Assembly: GCA_035632055.1 (NCBI GenBank)
Contig: DASQHO010000062.1
Location: forward strand, 1,515-65,514
Source: Stellaceae bacterium
Lineage (GTDB): Bacteria > Pseudomonadota > Alphaproteobacteria > ATCC43930 > CGMCC-115725
Reading direction: 5' to 3'
Length of the DNA: 64,000 nucleotides
Below the pieces are notes generated by a model. It ran no database searches and had not been told where the DNA came from. It worked only from the letters and a program-made list of their open reading frames with translations. This document shows positions 47,555 through 56,607 of this stretch, piece by piece. Positions within the stretch are counted from its first letter, which is position 1, and each line of letters begins with the position of its first letter. Position numbers and translations under genes: made by a program.

Positions 47555-48844
47555 ATGCTCGAGACCTATTTCCAGCTCAAGTCGAATGGCACGAATGTGC
47601 GCACCGAGGTGGTGGCGGGCCTCACCACCTTCCTCACCATGGCGTACATCGTCTTCGTCAATCCGATGATCTTGGGCGACGCCGGCATGGACAAAGGCGC
47701 GGTGTTCGTCGCGACGTGCGTGGCCTCCGCCATCGGCACGCTGGTGATGGGTCTTTACGCCAACTATCCGCTCGCGTTGGCGCCGGGCATGGGCCTCAAC
47801 GCCTATTTCACCTACAGCGTCGTCAAGGGCCTGCACTATCCGTGGGAGGTGGCGCTCGGCGCAGTGTTCATCTCCGGCGTGCTGTTCATGGTGCTGAGCG
47901 TGACGCGCGTGCGGGAATGGATCGTCGACGCCATTCCACAATCGCAGAAGATGGCGATATCGGCCGGCGTCGGCTTGTTCCTCGGCATCATCGCACTCAA
48001 GAACGCCGGTATCGTCGTCGCCTCGCCCGACACCTTCGTGACGCTGGGCAATCTCAAGGCGCCGCCGACGCTGCTGGCGATCGGCGGATTCCTCCTCATG
48101 GTTGCGCTTGATGCGCGCAAGGTGCCCGGCGCGATCATTATCGCCATCCTGATCACCACAATCGCCGGTGTCCTGTTCGGTGTCTCGCCGTTCCTCGGCG
48201 TTGCCTCGCTGCCGCCGTCGGTCGCGCCGACCTTCCTCAAGCTCGACATCGGCGGCGCGCTCGACGCCGGCGTTCTGGTGATCGTCTTCGCATTCTTCTT
48301 CGTCGACCTGTTCGACAATACCGGCACGCTGGTCGGCGTCGCGCATCGTGCCGGCTTGATCCGCAAGGACGGCCACATTCCGCGGCTGCTGCGCGTCTTC
48401 GTGGCGGATTCGACGGCGACGCTGGTCGGCTCGCTTCTCGGCACCTCGACCGTCACCAGCTACATCGAAAGTGCCGCGGGCGTGCGCGCCGGCGGCCGCA
48501 CGGGCCTGGTCGGCGTTGTCGTAGCCATCCTGTTTCTGTTGACGCTGTTCTTCGCGCCGTTGGCCGAAACAGTTCCCGCCTATGCGACGGCACCGGCGCT
48601 GCTTTACGTCGCATGCCTGATGGCGCGCGGCCTTGCGGAAGTGAATTGGGACGATCTCACCGAGTACGCGCCCGCGGTGGTCACGGCGATCGCCATGCCA
48701 CTCACCTTCTCGATCGCCAACGGCATCGCTTTTGGTTTCATCCTCTACGCCGCGATCAAGCTGCTCGCGGGCCGCACCAACGAAGCGAGCCCGGCGGTGA
48801 TCGTGCTCGGCCTGCTGTTCCTCATCCGCTTCGTCGAGCTTTGA
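47555..48844 (+). CDS. NCS2/AzgA-family purine (adenine/guanine/hypoxanthine) permease
   Basis: [32 protein letters not shown]; 429 aa, polytopic. Confidence 0.85.
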   Translation: MLETYFQLKSNGTNVRTEVVAGLTTFLTMAYIVFVNPMILGDAGMDKGAVFVATCVASAIGTLVMGLYANYPLALAPGMGLNAYFTYSVVKGLHYPWEVALGAVFISGVLFMVLSVTRVREWIVDAIPQSQKMAISAGVGLFLGIIALKNAGIVVASPDTFVTLGNLKAPPTLLAIGGFLLMVALDARKVPGAIIIAILITTIAGVLFGVSPFLGVASLPPSVAPTFLKLDIGGALDAGVLVIVFAFFFVDLFDNTGTLVGVAHRAGLIRKDGHIPRLLRVFVADSTATLVGSLLGTSTVTSYIESAAGVRAGGRTGLVGVVVAILFLLTLFFAPLAETVPAYATAPALLYVACLMARGLAEVNWDDLTEYAPAVVTAIAMPLTFSIANGIAFGFILYAAIKLLAGRTNEASPAVIVLGLLFLIRFVEL

Positions 48845-48890
48845 CCCGCCACTGTCTCATAAATGATCAGTTGGTCATTAGAGCGGTTCC

Positions 48891-48917
48891 AGAAAATTTC
48901 ATTTGCGGTGACGTGCA
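48891..48917. repeat. Degenerate copy of the tag 3' end (left direct repeat)
   Basis: AGAAAATTTCATTTGCGGTGACGTGCA aligns with 49109-49139. The exact core TTGCGG(G)TGACGTGC is shared. Confidence 0.65.
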
Positions 48918-49093
48918 GAATCCGCAAACATCCATCCCGCCATAAGCGGCGCACGCAAGAATGCGTCCGGGCCCAAGTTTAGGGAGGAAGTGTCGTCGTA
49001 AGACGGTGGGGGCGTCCCCTAAACCGACAAGCCGCTCCGAAAAAGGCGGCAAAGTCTTCTGGCAAGGCCATCTGGTCTTGCCAAATTTTTTAT
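48902..49093 (+). ncRNA. Candidate structured RNA (independent sRNA or long structured 3' UTR of the permease mRNA)
   Basis: A series of hairpins: 48902-48928, 48977-49024 (8-bp outer stem GTTTAGGG/CCCTAAAC with an inner GTAA-loop stem) and 49031-49050. The series ends in a strong intrinsic terminator. There is no credible ORF. Confidence 0.3.
49061..49093 (+). terminator. Rho-independent terminator, plus-strand orientation
   Basis: GGCAAGGCC-ATCT-GGTCTTGCC followed by AAATTTTTTAT. Confidence 0.8.
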
Positions 49094-49098
49094 CCACA
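49090..49098. promoter_or_regulatory. Perfect consensus DnaA box TTATCCACA
   Basis: Exact 9-mer overlapping the end of the terminator T-tract. Confidence 0.25.
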
Positions 49099-49108
49099 GG
49101 CTCAAACT

Positions 49109-49139
49109 AAAAATTATTTCAGGTTGCGGGTGACGTGCC
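49109..49139. repeat. Right direct repeat, formed by the last codons and stop of tag plus downstream A/T
   Basis: AAAAATTATTTCAGGTTGCGGGTGACGTGCC. Confidence 0.65.
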
Positions 49140-49665
49140 ATGCGGGCTTGAGACGCAGCACGCGCGCATACGCCGGACAGGTCGCGACGTGCGCGCCCGG
49201 CAGGTAGCCCAGGCTCATCAGGAATTCGCCCACGATCTCGCCGCCGGTAAAGCGGAACGTCTCCTTGAACAGCCTGACCCACGCCGCCTTGGACCGCGGA
49301 TGGTGTGTGTCGAGCCAATGTGCGAAAGAGCCGTGACTGGCGCGGATCGCCTTCAGCCGACGCGCATTTTCGATCACTGCCTCGATCTTGAGCCGGTTGC
49401 GGATGATGCTGGCGTCGTTGAGCAGCCGGCGGATATCGCGCGCGCCGAAACGCGCGACCTTGTCGATGTCGTAATTGGCAAAGGCCCGGGCAAAGGCCGC
49501 GCGTTTCTTCAACACCGTGAGCCACGACAGGCCGGCCTGGTTGATCTCGAGGGCTAGGCGCTCGAACAGAATAGCGTCGTCGCGCGCCGGAACACCGTAT
49601 TCGCCATCGTGATAAGGACCGTGGAACTCGTGGCCCGGCGCCTCGCGGCAATATTTGGCGCTCAT
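49114..49665 (-). CDS. tag: DNA-3-methyladenine glycosylase I
   Basis: YHDGEYGVPARDDAILFERLALEINQAGLSWLTVLKKR. Its ATG overlaps the stop of the DUF1467 gene (ATGA). Confidence 0.88.
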   Translation of the reverse strand: MSAKYCREAPGHEFHGPYHDGEYGVPARDDAILFERLALEINQAGLSWLTVLKKRAAFARAFANYDIDKVARFGARDIRRLLNDASIIRNRLKIEAVIENARRLKAIRASHGSFAHWLDTHHPRSKAAWVRLFKETFRFTGGEIVGEFLMSLGYLPGAHVATCPAYARVLRLKPAWHVTRNLK

Positions 49666-49907
49666 CCGTAGGTCTCGGTACGGATGCGCGCCAGCTCCCA
49701 CAGCAGGCCGAAGCGGATGACGTACCACAACCCCAAGGCGATAAAGCTGGTGATGATCGCCTTCGCCAGCAGATGCGGATGCGCCGGCGCACCGGCGTCG
49801 TGGCCTTGGTCGCTTTCGTTCGCTGGCTTCACGCCCCACGGCAGCACGGCGAACAGGGTAATCCACCAGACAAGGATGTAGAGCGCGATATTGAAGAACC
49901 AGTTCAT
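49662..49907 (-). CDS. DUF1467 family small membrane protein
   Basis: 81 aa with 2 TM helices: MNWFFNIALYILVWWITLFAVLPWGV. Confidence 0.7.
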   Translation of the reverse strand: MNWFFNIALYILVWWITLFAVLPWGVKPANESDQGHDAGAPAHPHLLAKAIITSFIALGLWYVIRFGLLWELARIRTETYG

Positions 49908-49953
49908 GACCGAAACCCAGCGCGAATCTTCGTTGCGTCGATGACTTCCCTTC

Positions 49954-51447
49954 TCACCGCAACGTCGGCATGACGAATTCGGCGCCGGCGCGAATGCCCT
50001 TCGGCCAGCGCGACGTCACTTCCTTGAGTCGCGTGTAGAAACGGACGCCTTCCGACCCGTGCATGTGATGATCGCCGAACAGCGAATGCTTCCAGCCGCC
50101 GAACGAGTGGAAAGCGACCGGCACGGGGATCGGCACATTGACGCCGACCATGCCGATCTGGACGCGGGTAGCGAAATCGCGCGCCGCATCGCCGTCGCGT
50201 GTAAAAATCGCAGTGCCGTTCCCGAATTCGTGCGCGTTGACCAAGCCGAGCGCTTGTTCGTAATTGGGTGCGCGCACCACCGACAGCACCGGACCGAAGA
50301 TCTCTTCCTTATAGATGCGCATCGAGGGCGTGACCTGATCGAACAGGCACCCTCCGAGGAAGAAGCCTTTCTCGTAGCCCTGGAGTTTCAGGTCGCGACC
50401 GTCGACCACCAGCTTGGCGCCTTCCTTGATACCCAGGTCGACGTAGCCTTTGACGCGGTCATAAGCCTGCTTGGTGACCAGCGGTCCCATCTCGGCGTCG
50501 GGATCGGTGTAGGGACCGATCTTGAGGCCGCGCACACGCGGAGCAAGTTTGGCGATCAATTGGTCGCCCGCGGCGCCGACCGCGACAGCAACCGAGATCG
50601 CCATGCAGCGCTCGCCGGCCGAGCCGTAAGCCGCACCCATGAGCGCATCGGTTGCCTGGTCCATGTCGGCATCAGGCATCACGACCATGTGGTTCTTGGC
50701 GCCGCCCAGCGCCTGCACGCGCTTTCCGGTGGCCGTGCCAGTCCGATAAACATATTCCGCAATGGGAGTCGAGCCGACGAAGCTGACGGCGGCGATCTCG
50801 GGATGGGCGAGGATCGCGTCGACCGCTTCCTTGTCGCCGTTGACGACGTTGAGCACGCCGGCCGGTGCACCCGCTTCGAGCAACAGCTTCCCAAGGAGCA
50901 GCGGCGCCGACGGATCGCGCTCGCTCGGCTTCAGCACGAAGGTGTTGCCGCAGGCGATCGCCACTGGAAACATCCACATCGGCACCATCGCCGGGAAATT
51001 GAACGGCGTGATCCCGGCGCAGACGCCGAGCGGCTGGCGCACCGAATAGCAATCGACATTGGTGCCGACGTTTTCGGAGAACTCGCCCTTGAGGAGATGC
51101 GGGATGCCACACGCGAACTCGACCACCTCGATGCCGCGCGTGACTTCGCCGGTGGCATCGCCCAGCACCTTGCCGTGCTCGGCGCCGATCATGCGCGCCA
51201 GTTCGTCGCGATGCCTCTCTAGCAACTCCTTGTATTTGAAAAGAATTCTCGCCCTCGCCAGCGGCGTCATGCGCGCCCAGCCGGGGAACGCCGCCTTGGC
51301 GTTCTGCACCGCCGCGTCGATCTCGGCGGCAGTCGCTAGCGCGACGCGACTGGTGATTTCACCGGTTGCCGGATTGTAGACGTCGGAAAAGCGCCCGTGG
51401 CCGTTGCCCACCGGCTTGCCGCCGACGAAATGGCCCAATTCAGTCAT
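49954..51447 (-). CDS. mmsA: Methylmalonate-semialdehyde dehydrogenase (CoA-acylating)
   Basis: 497-aa ALDH-family protein with N-terminus LGHFVGGK and overall resemblance to MmsA/IolA. Confidence 0.85.
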   Translation of the reverse strand: MTELGHFVGGKPVGNGHGRFSDVYNPATGEITSRVALATAAEIDAAVQNAKAAFPGWARMTPLARARILFKYKELLERHRDELARMIGAEHGKVLGDATGEVTRGIEVVEFACGIPHLLKGEFSENVGTNVDCYSVRQPLGVCAGITPFNFPAMVPMWMFPVAIACGNTFVLKPSERDPSAPLLLGKLLLEAGAPAGVLNVVNGDKEAVDAILAHPEIAAVSFVGSTPIAEYVYRTGTATGKRVQALGGAKNHMVVMPDADMDQATDALMGAAYGSAGERCMAISVAVAVGAAGDQLIAKLAPRVRGLKIGPYTDPDAEMGPLVTKQAYDRVKGYVDLGIKEGAKLVVDGRDLKLQGYEKGFFLGGCLFDQVTPSMRIYKEEIFGPVLSVVRAPNYEQALGLVNAHEFGNGTAIFTRDGDAARDFATRVQIGMVGVNVPIPVPVAFHSFGGWKHSLFGDHHMHGSEGVRFYTRLKEVTSRWPKGIRAGAEFVMPTLR

Positions 51448-51507
51448 GCCTCCGCCTCCCTGCGTACGGCATTGTTCTATTGATCGGGCGATAGCCTAAA
51501 GCAATCT

Positions 51508-51912
51508 CTAGACTTCTTCGAGTTCGATCAGCGTGCCGCAGAAATCCTTGGGATGCAAAAACAGCACTGGTTTTCCGTGCGCGCCGATCGTCGGCTCGCC
51601 ATCGCCCAGGACGCGCATACCCTCGCCTTCGAGCTTGTCGCGCGCCTCCAGGATGTCCTCGACCTCGTAGCATAGATGATGCAGGCCGCCGGCTGGATTA
51701 CGTTCAAGAAAGGTTCGCACCGGCGATTTCTCGCCCATAGGCTCCAGCAGCTCGATCTTGGTGTTCGGCAGCGTGACGAACACAGTCGTGACACCGTGCG
51801 CGGGCAGCGGCACCGGCTCCGACACCTGCGCGCCGAGCATCTCGCGGTAGAGTTTGGCCGCCGCCTTGACGTCCGGCACGACGATGGCGACGTGGTTGAG
51901 CCGTCCGATCAT
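51508..51912 (-). CDS. mce: Methylmalonyl-CoA epimerase
   Basis: 134-aa VOC/glyoxalase-fold protein: LNHVAIVVPD...GGLHHLCYEV... Confidence 0.88.
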   Translation of the reverse strand: MIGRLNHVAIVVPDVKAAAKLYREMLGAQVSEPVPLPAHGVTTVFVTLPNTKIELLEPMGEKSPVRTFLERNPAGGLHHLCYEVEDILEARDKLEGEGMRVLGDGEPTIGAHGKPVLFLHPKDFCGTLIELEEV

Positions 51913-53585
51913 CCTGTGCCTCCGCCGATCCGCACCAGATGCACCTGCGTCACCGGCTTCTTGCCGTGCCAGTCGCGCAACGAGCGGCGGATGGCGAGCC
52001 GCGCCGCTTCGCGCACCTTGTCGTCATCGCGGCGGTCGCGCGCACCGAGTTCGTCCAACGCTTGTGCCACGCGCGCCGCCAGCGCCTCGCCGGAATCGTC
52101 GCTCGGCACGCCTTCGACCGAAACCTGCGGCGGCGCCAGCAGCCTGCCGGCGCGATCCATCACCAGCGTCGCCAGCGCCGCGCCGTTGAACACCATGCGC
52201 TGGCGGTTCTTGAGGGTTTCGCCTTTGGCGTCGAGCAACGTATTGGCGTCGGCGGCGAGCCGCCCGGTCGGCACTTCACCGACGACTGAGGCAGGCCCAG
52301 GCGCAAGCTTCACCACCTCGCCGTTGCGTGTCACCACCGTCTGGCTCACCTGGCATTGCTCGGCCAGCCGCGCCTGCGCCAGCAGATGCCGCGTCTCGCC
52401 GTGCACCGGCACCGCGATCTTGGGCCGCACCGTCTGGTACATGCGGATGAGTTCGTCCTGCGCAGGATGGCCGGAGACGTGCACCGGCGCATCGTGCTCG
52501 GTGACGATCTCGACGCCGAGCGAAGCCAGTGCGTTGTGCAGCCGGCCGATGGCGCGCTCGTTGCCAGGAATGATGCGCGACGAGAAAATCGCGCAGTCGC
52601 CCTCTTCGAGTACGATTTCGGGATGCTCGTCGGCGGCGATGCGCACCAGCGCCGAGCGCGGCTCGCCCTGGCTGCCGGTGCAGATCAGCAGCACTTTTTC
52701 GCGCGGCAGATACGATGCCTCTTCCTCGGTGAGGAACGGCGGCACGCCCTGGAGATAGCCGGTCTCGCGCGCAGCGTGCTCGATGCGCCAGAGCGAGCGG
52801 CCAACCAGCGCCGCGTGGCGGTCGTGAGCCTGCGCCGCAGCAGCAATCGAGGCCAGCCGCGCGACGTTGGACGCGAAGCATGCGACGGCGACGCGGTTCT
52901 TCTTTCGGCCGACGAGGTCGATCAGCGTCTTACGCACGTCGGCTTCGGAACCCGACTCTCCCGGCCGCAGTGCATTGGTCGAATCGCAGATCATGGCGAG
53001 AACGCCTTCGTCGCCAAGGCGCCGCAGCGCCGCCATATCCGAAAGATCGCCGACCAGCGGATCGGGATCGAACTTCCAGTCGCCGGTGTGCAGCACGGTG
53101 CCGAGCGGCGTGCGCAGCACCACCGCATTGGGCTCGGGGATCGAATGCGTCAACGTTATCAATTCGATTTCAAAGGGTCCGACGCTGAACTTGCCCGACA
53201 GCGGTACTTCGGTGATCGGCACCTGATGCTCGAGGCCCGCCTCGATCAGCTTGAGGCGCAGCACCGCGGCGGTGAACGGCGTCGCGTAGACCGGACACTT
53301 GAAGCGCGGCCAGAGATACTGGATAGCGCCGATATGGTCTTCATGCGCGTGGGTGACGATCAAGCCGTCGAGGGCGTCGGCACGCGCTTCGATGAACGCG
53401 GGATCGGGCATGATGACGTCGACGCCCGGCAGCGTATCGTCGGCGAACGAGATGCCGCAATCAACCATCAGCCAGCGGCCCCTATAGCCGTAGAGCGATA
53501 GGTTCATGCCGATTTCGCCGACCCCGCCCAGCGCCAAAAAGGCGAGCTCGTCGGGACGGTTGGGTGCGGGCGCGGCGCCGTTCAT
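51909..53585 (-). CDS. rnj: Ribonuclease J (metallo-beta-lactamase / beta-CASP)
   Basis: THAHEDHIGA motif and about 558 aa. Its ATG overlaps the coaX stop (ATGA). Confidence 0.85.
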   Translation of the reverse strand: MNGAAPAPNRPDELAFLALGGVGEIGMNLSLYGYRGRWLMVDCGISFADDTLPGVDVIMPDPAFIEARADALDGLIVTHAHEDHIGAIQYLWPRFKCPVYATPFTAAVLRLKLIEAGLEHQVPITEVPLSGKFSVGPFEIELITLTHSIPEPNAVVLRTPLGTVLHTGDWKFDPDPLVGDLSDMAALRRLGDEGVLAMICDSTNALRPGESGSEADVRKTLIDLVGRKKNRVAVACFASNVARLASIAAAAQAHDRHAALVGRSLWRIEHAARETGYLQGVPPFLTEEEASYLPREKVLLICTGSQGEPRSALVRIAADEHPEIVLEEGDCAIFSSRIIPGNERAIGRLHNALASLGVEIVTEHDAPVHVSGHPAQDELIRMYQTVRPKIAVPVHGETRHLLAQARLAEQCQVSQTVVTRNGEVVKLAPGPASVVGEVPTGRLAADANTLLDAKGETLKNRQRMVFNGAALATLVMDRAGRLLAPPQVSVEGVPSDDSGEALAARVAQALDELGARDRRDDDKVREAARLAIRRSLRDWHGKKPVTQVHLVRIGGGTG

Positions 53586-54385
53586 GCCTTGCGAGCGCGC
53601 CCCCTGGGCTTGGCCGCCGCCAAATTGCGCTGCGCGATCAGCCGCAGGCCCCACAGTGTCAAATGCAGATCGGTGCGCTCGATCGCCGGCGTTGCGCCAT
53701 CGAACAACGGCGCCAATCCGCCCGTGGCAATCGTGCGCATCTTCCTGCCGTATTCCTTGCGGATGCGCGCCACCAGCCCTTCAATCAGCGCGACATAGCC
53801 CCAATAGATGCCCGATTGCATGCAGGCGACGGTACTGGTGCCGATTACCTTCTCGCTGCGGCGGATCGGCACCATCGGCAGCTTGGCTGCCGCTTGGTGC
53901 AGTGCCTGGAGCGACAAGTTCACGCCGGGCGCGATCACACCGCCGCAGTAATTGCCGTCGCCGTCGACGACGTCAAAGGTCGTCGCGGTGCCGAAATCGA
54001 CGACGATCAGCGGCCCGCCGTAACGATCATGCGCCGCCACGGTGTTGACCAGCCGATCGGCGCCGACTTCTTCGGCGCGATCGACCAACGCCTTGGTGCC
54101 GAGCTCGACGCCCGGCTCACCGACAACCAAAGGCTCGGTCCGGCAATAGTGCCGGCACAGCAGGCGCAGGTTGAAATTCGCCTCGGGCACGACGCTGGCG
54201 ATGATGGCGCGGTCGAGCCGTGCACGCGACAGCTTCTCCAACGCCAGCAGATGGTCGAGCCAGACGACATATTCGTCCGAAGTGCGGTGGGGATTCGTGG
54301 CGATGCGCCACGTGCCCTTGAGCTTGGCGCCGTCCCACGCGGCGAAGACCGTGTTGGTGTTGTTGGCGTTGATGGCAAGCAGCAT
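53582..54385 (-). CDS. coaX: Type III pantothenate kinase
   Basis: Starts at MLLAINANNTNTVFA with an AGGAG Shine-Dalgarno sequence; 267 aa. The Arg-rich N-terminal extension in the ORF track is rejected. Confidence 0.85.
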   Translation of the reverse strand: MLLAINANNTNTVFAAWDGAKLKGTWRIATNPHRTSDEYVVWLDHLLALEKLSRARLDRAIIASVVPEANFNLRLLCRHYCRTEPLVVGEPGVELGTKALVDRAEEVGADRLVNTVAAHDRYGGPLIVVDFGTATTFDVVDGDGNYCGGVIAPGVNLSLQALHQAAAKLPMVPIRRSEKVIGTSTVACMQSGIYWGYVALIEGLVARIRKEYGRKMRTIATGGLAPLFDGATPAIERTDLHLTLWGLRLIAQRNLAAAKPRGRARKA

Positions 54386-54393
54386 GCGATCTC

Positions 54394-55146
54394 CTAGCCT
54401 TCCACCACCGTCGGAAACACGTCGCCGGCGGCGATGCAGCGCCGGCCGCCGGGAATATCGAGCAGCAGCAGGCCGTCGTCGTCGAGCCCGGCGAAACGGC
54501 CTTCGATCGTCTCGCCTGGCAGGTGCGCGCGCAGCGGCTGTCCGAGGCCGGCGGCGCGCTTGAGCCAAGCCCGCCGTAACCCGGCGAAACCATCGCCGCG
54601 CCACCGCTCATACCAAAGCGCGAGCGCCGGTGCGAGCGCGACGAGAAACGCCTCCGGCGCGACCGCCAGCCCCGTCGTCGCCTTGAGCGAGGTGGCCGGG
54701 AATTCGGTATCGCTGGGATGTACGGCCAGGTTTACGCCGATGCCGACCACGACAAACCCGAGCCGCCCCACTACGTCGCCTTCGCTTTCGAGCAGGATGC
54801 CGGCAACCTTGCGTCCGCCCAACAGCACGTCGTTGGGCCACTTGAGCGTGACTTCCACCCGCGCGAAATGCCGGATGGCATCCGCGATCGCCAGCGCAGC
54901 GGCAAATCCGAGCTGCGCCGCGCGCGAAACATGCACGTCGGGCCGCAGCACCAGCGACGCATGAAGATTGTCCGGCGCCGATATCCAGGTCCTTCCGTGG
55001 CGGCCGCGGCCCGCGGTCTGCTCGCGCGCGGTGACGAGCGTGCCTTCTGGCGCGCCATCGCGCGCCAGGCGTCTGGCTTCGTCATTGGTACTGGCAAGCG
55101 TGTCGAACGCGGCGAGCCGAAAGAACGGCGGCAGCGGGTCGGTCAT
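54394..55146 (-). CDS. birA: Biotin--[acetyl-CoA-carboxylase] ligase, group I (no N-terminal DNA-binding domain)
   Basis: GRGRHGRTW motif. At 250 aa it is too short for the wHTH domain. Confidence 0.88.
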   Translation of the reverse strand: MTDPLPPFFRLAAFDTLASTNDEARRLARDGAPEGTLVTAREQTAGRGRHGRTWISAPDNLHASLVLRPDVHVSRAAQLGFAAALAIADAIRHFARVEVTLKWPNDVLLGGRKVAGILLESEGDVVGRLGFVVVGIGVNLAVHPSDTEFPATSLKATTGLAVAPEAFLVALAPALALWYERWRGDGFAGLRRAWLKRAAGLGQPLRAHLPGETIEGRFAGLDDDGLLLLDIPGGRRCIAAGDVFPTVVEG

Positions 55147-56603
55147 CCCGGGAAGAGCGTGGCGGCGACGGCATCGGCGCCGTTGAGGAGTGGCCCCGGC
55201 CAGACGATGAAGAACAGGATGATCACTGCGCAGACCAGCACCACCATCGCAACTTCGCCGCCGAACGGCCGGTCGAAGGCGCCGCGTGGCTCGTCGAAAT
55301 ACATCACCTTGACGATGCGCAGATAGTAATAGGCGCCAACCACGCTGGTGAGCACGCCGAGGACCGCCAGAATCGGCAGGCCGGCATTGATCGCCGCCAT
55401 GAAGACGTAGAGCTTGGCAAAGAATCCGGCGAGCGGCGGAATGCCTGCGAGCGAGAACATGAAGATGGCGAGTGCCAGCGCCAGGGCTGGATGGGTGCGC
55501 GACAGGCCGGCGAGGTCGTCAATGCCTTCGACCATCTTGCTGTCGCGCCGCATGCATAGAATCACCGCGAAGGTGCCGGCGTTCATGAACAGATAGATCG
55601 CCAGATAGACCAGCACACCGCGCACCCCTGCGGCGCTCCCCGCCGCGAGCCCGATGAGGGCGTAGCCAACGTGCCCGATCGAGGAATAGGCCATCAGCCG
55701 CTTGATGTTGCTTTGCGCGATGGCGGCGAAAGCGCCCCACGCCATTGAGGCGAGCGAGATGACCCAGATGATCTGCTGCCAATCCGCCGACAGGCCGCCG
55801 AAAGGCTGCAGCATGACGCGCAGGAACAGTGTTAGCGCGGCGATCTTAGGCGCAACCGAAAAGAAGGCGGTCACTGGCGTCGGCGCGCCTTCATAGACGT
55901 CCGGCGTCCACATGTGGAACGGCACCGCCGACACCTTAAATGCGAGACCGACAGAGATGAACACGATGCCGGTGATTAATCCGACACCATTACCGCCACC
56001 GTGCGCGAAAAGCTTAGCCAGGCTGTCGAAACTGGTCGTGCCGGCGAAGCCGTAGACCATCGAGGCGCCGAACAGAAGCATGCCCGAGGCGACCGCACCG
56101 AGGACGAAGTATTTGAGGCCCGCCTCGGTCGAACGCACGTCGTCGCGCGCGAACGCTGCCAGCACGTAAAGCGCCAAGCTTTGCAGCTCGAGCCCGAGAT
56201 AGAGGGCGATCAGATCGTTGGCCGCGATCATCATCATCATGCCGGCGGTGGCGATCAGCACCAGCACCGGGAATTCGATTCGCGCGATGCCCTCGCGCTC
56301 GTTGAAGCGCATGGCGATCAACAGCGATAGGACCGAGCCGATGATCACCAGCGTCTGGGTGAAGACACCGAGGCCGTCGCTGACGAACATGCCGAAGAGG
56401 CCGACCTGCCGGGCGGTCGCGCCGGTGCTCCACACCGGTTGCAGCAGGATCGCAAGCGTCACCACCAGCGCCAGGACGCAGAGCCAGCTGACCAACCGGA
56501 CGGAGCGTGTTCCGGCGTAAACGCCCACCAGGAGAAGCAGCATCGCCGCGCCGCCGAGGAACATCTCGGGCAGGACGATGAGAAAATCGGGTGCGGCGGT
56601 CAT
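55143..56603 (-). CDS. nuoN: NADH-quinone oxidoreductase subunit N
   Basis: 486-aa polytopic antiporter-like subunit, last gene of the nuo row. Confidence 0.93.
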   Translation of the reverse strand: MTAAPDFLIVLPEMFLGGAAMLLLLVGVYAGTRSVRLVSWLCVLALVVTLAILLQPVWSTGATARQVGLFGMFVSDGLGVFTQTLVIIGSVLSLLIAMRFNEREGIARIEFPVLVLIATAGMMMMIAANDLIALYLGLELQSLALYVLAAFARDDVRSTEAGLKYFVLGAVASGMLLFGASMVYGFAGTTSFDSLAKLFAHGGGNGVGLITGIVFISVGLAFKVSAVPFHMWTPDVYEGAPTPVTAFFSVAPKIAALTLFLRVMLQPFGGLSADWQQIIWVISLASMAWGAFAAIAQSNIKRLMAYSSIGHVGYALIGLAAGSAAGVRGVLVYLAIYLFMNAGTFAVILCMRRDSKMVEGIDDLAGLSRTHPALALALAIFMFSLAGIPPLAGFFAKLYVFMAAINAGLPILAVLGVLTSVVGAYYYLRIVKVMYFDEPRGAFDRPFGGEVAMVVLVCAVIILFFIVWPGPLLNGADAVAATLFPG

Positions 56604-56607
56604 CGCG

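Noticed and set aside
47183-48376. 397-aa minus-strand ORF antisense to the purine permease (with the similar 47836-48456 ORF)
   Set aside because: It has an extreme Arg/Asp/Glu/Gly composition and sits opposite a polytopic membrane protein with clear family motifs.
48867-49097. 76-aa minus-strand ORF inside the non-coding block near tag
   Set aside because: It has no Shine-Dalgarno sequence and mixed composition. It runs through the terminator hairpin and the nested hairpin, so the RNA-structure explanation fits better.
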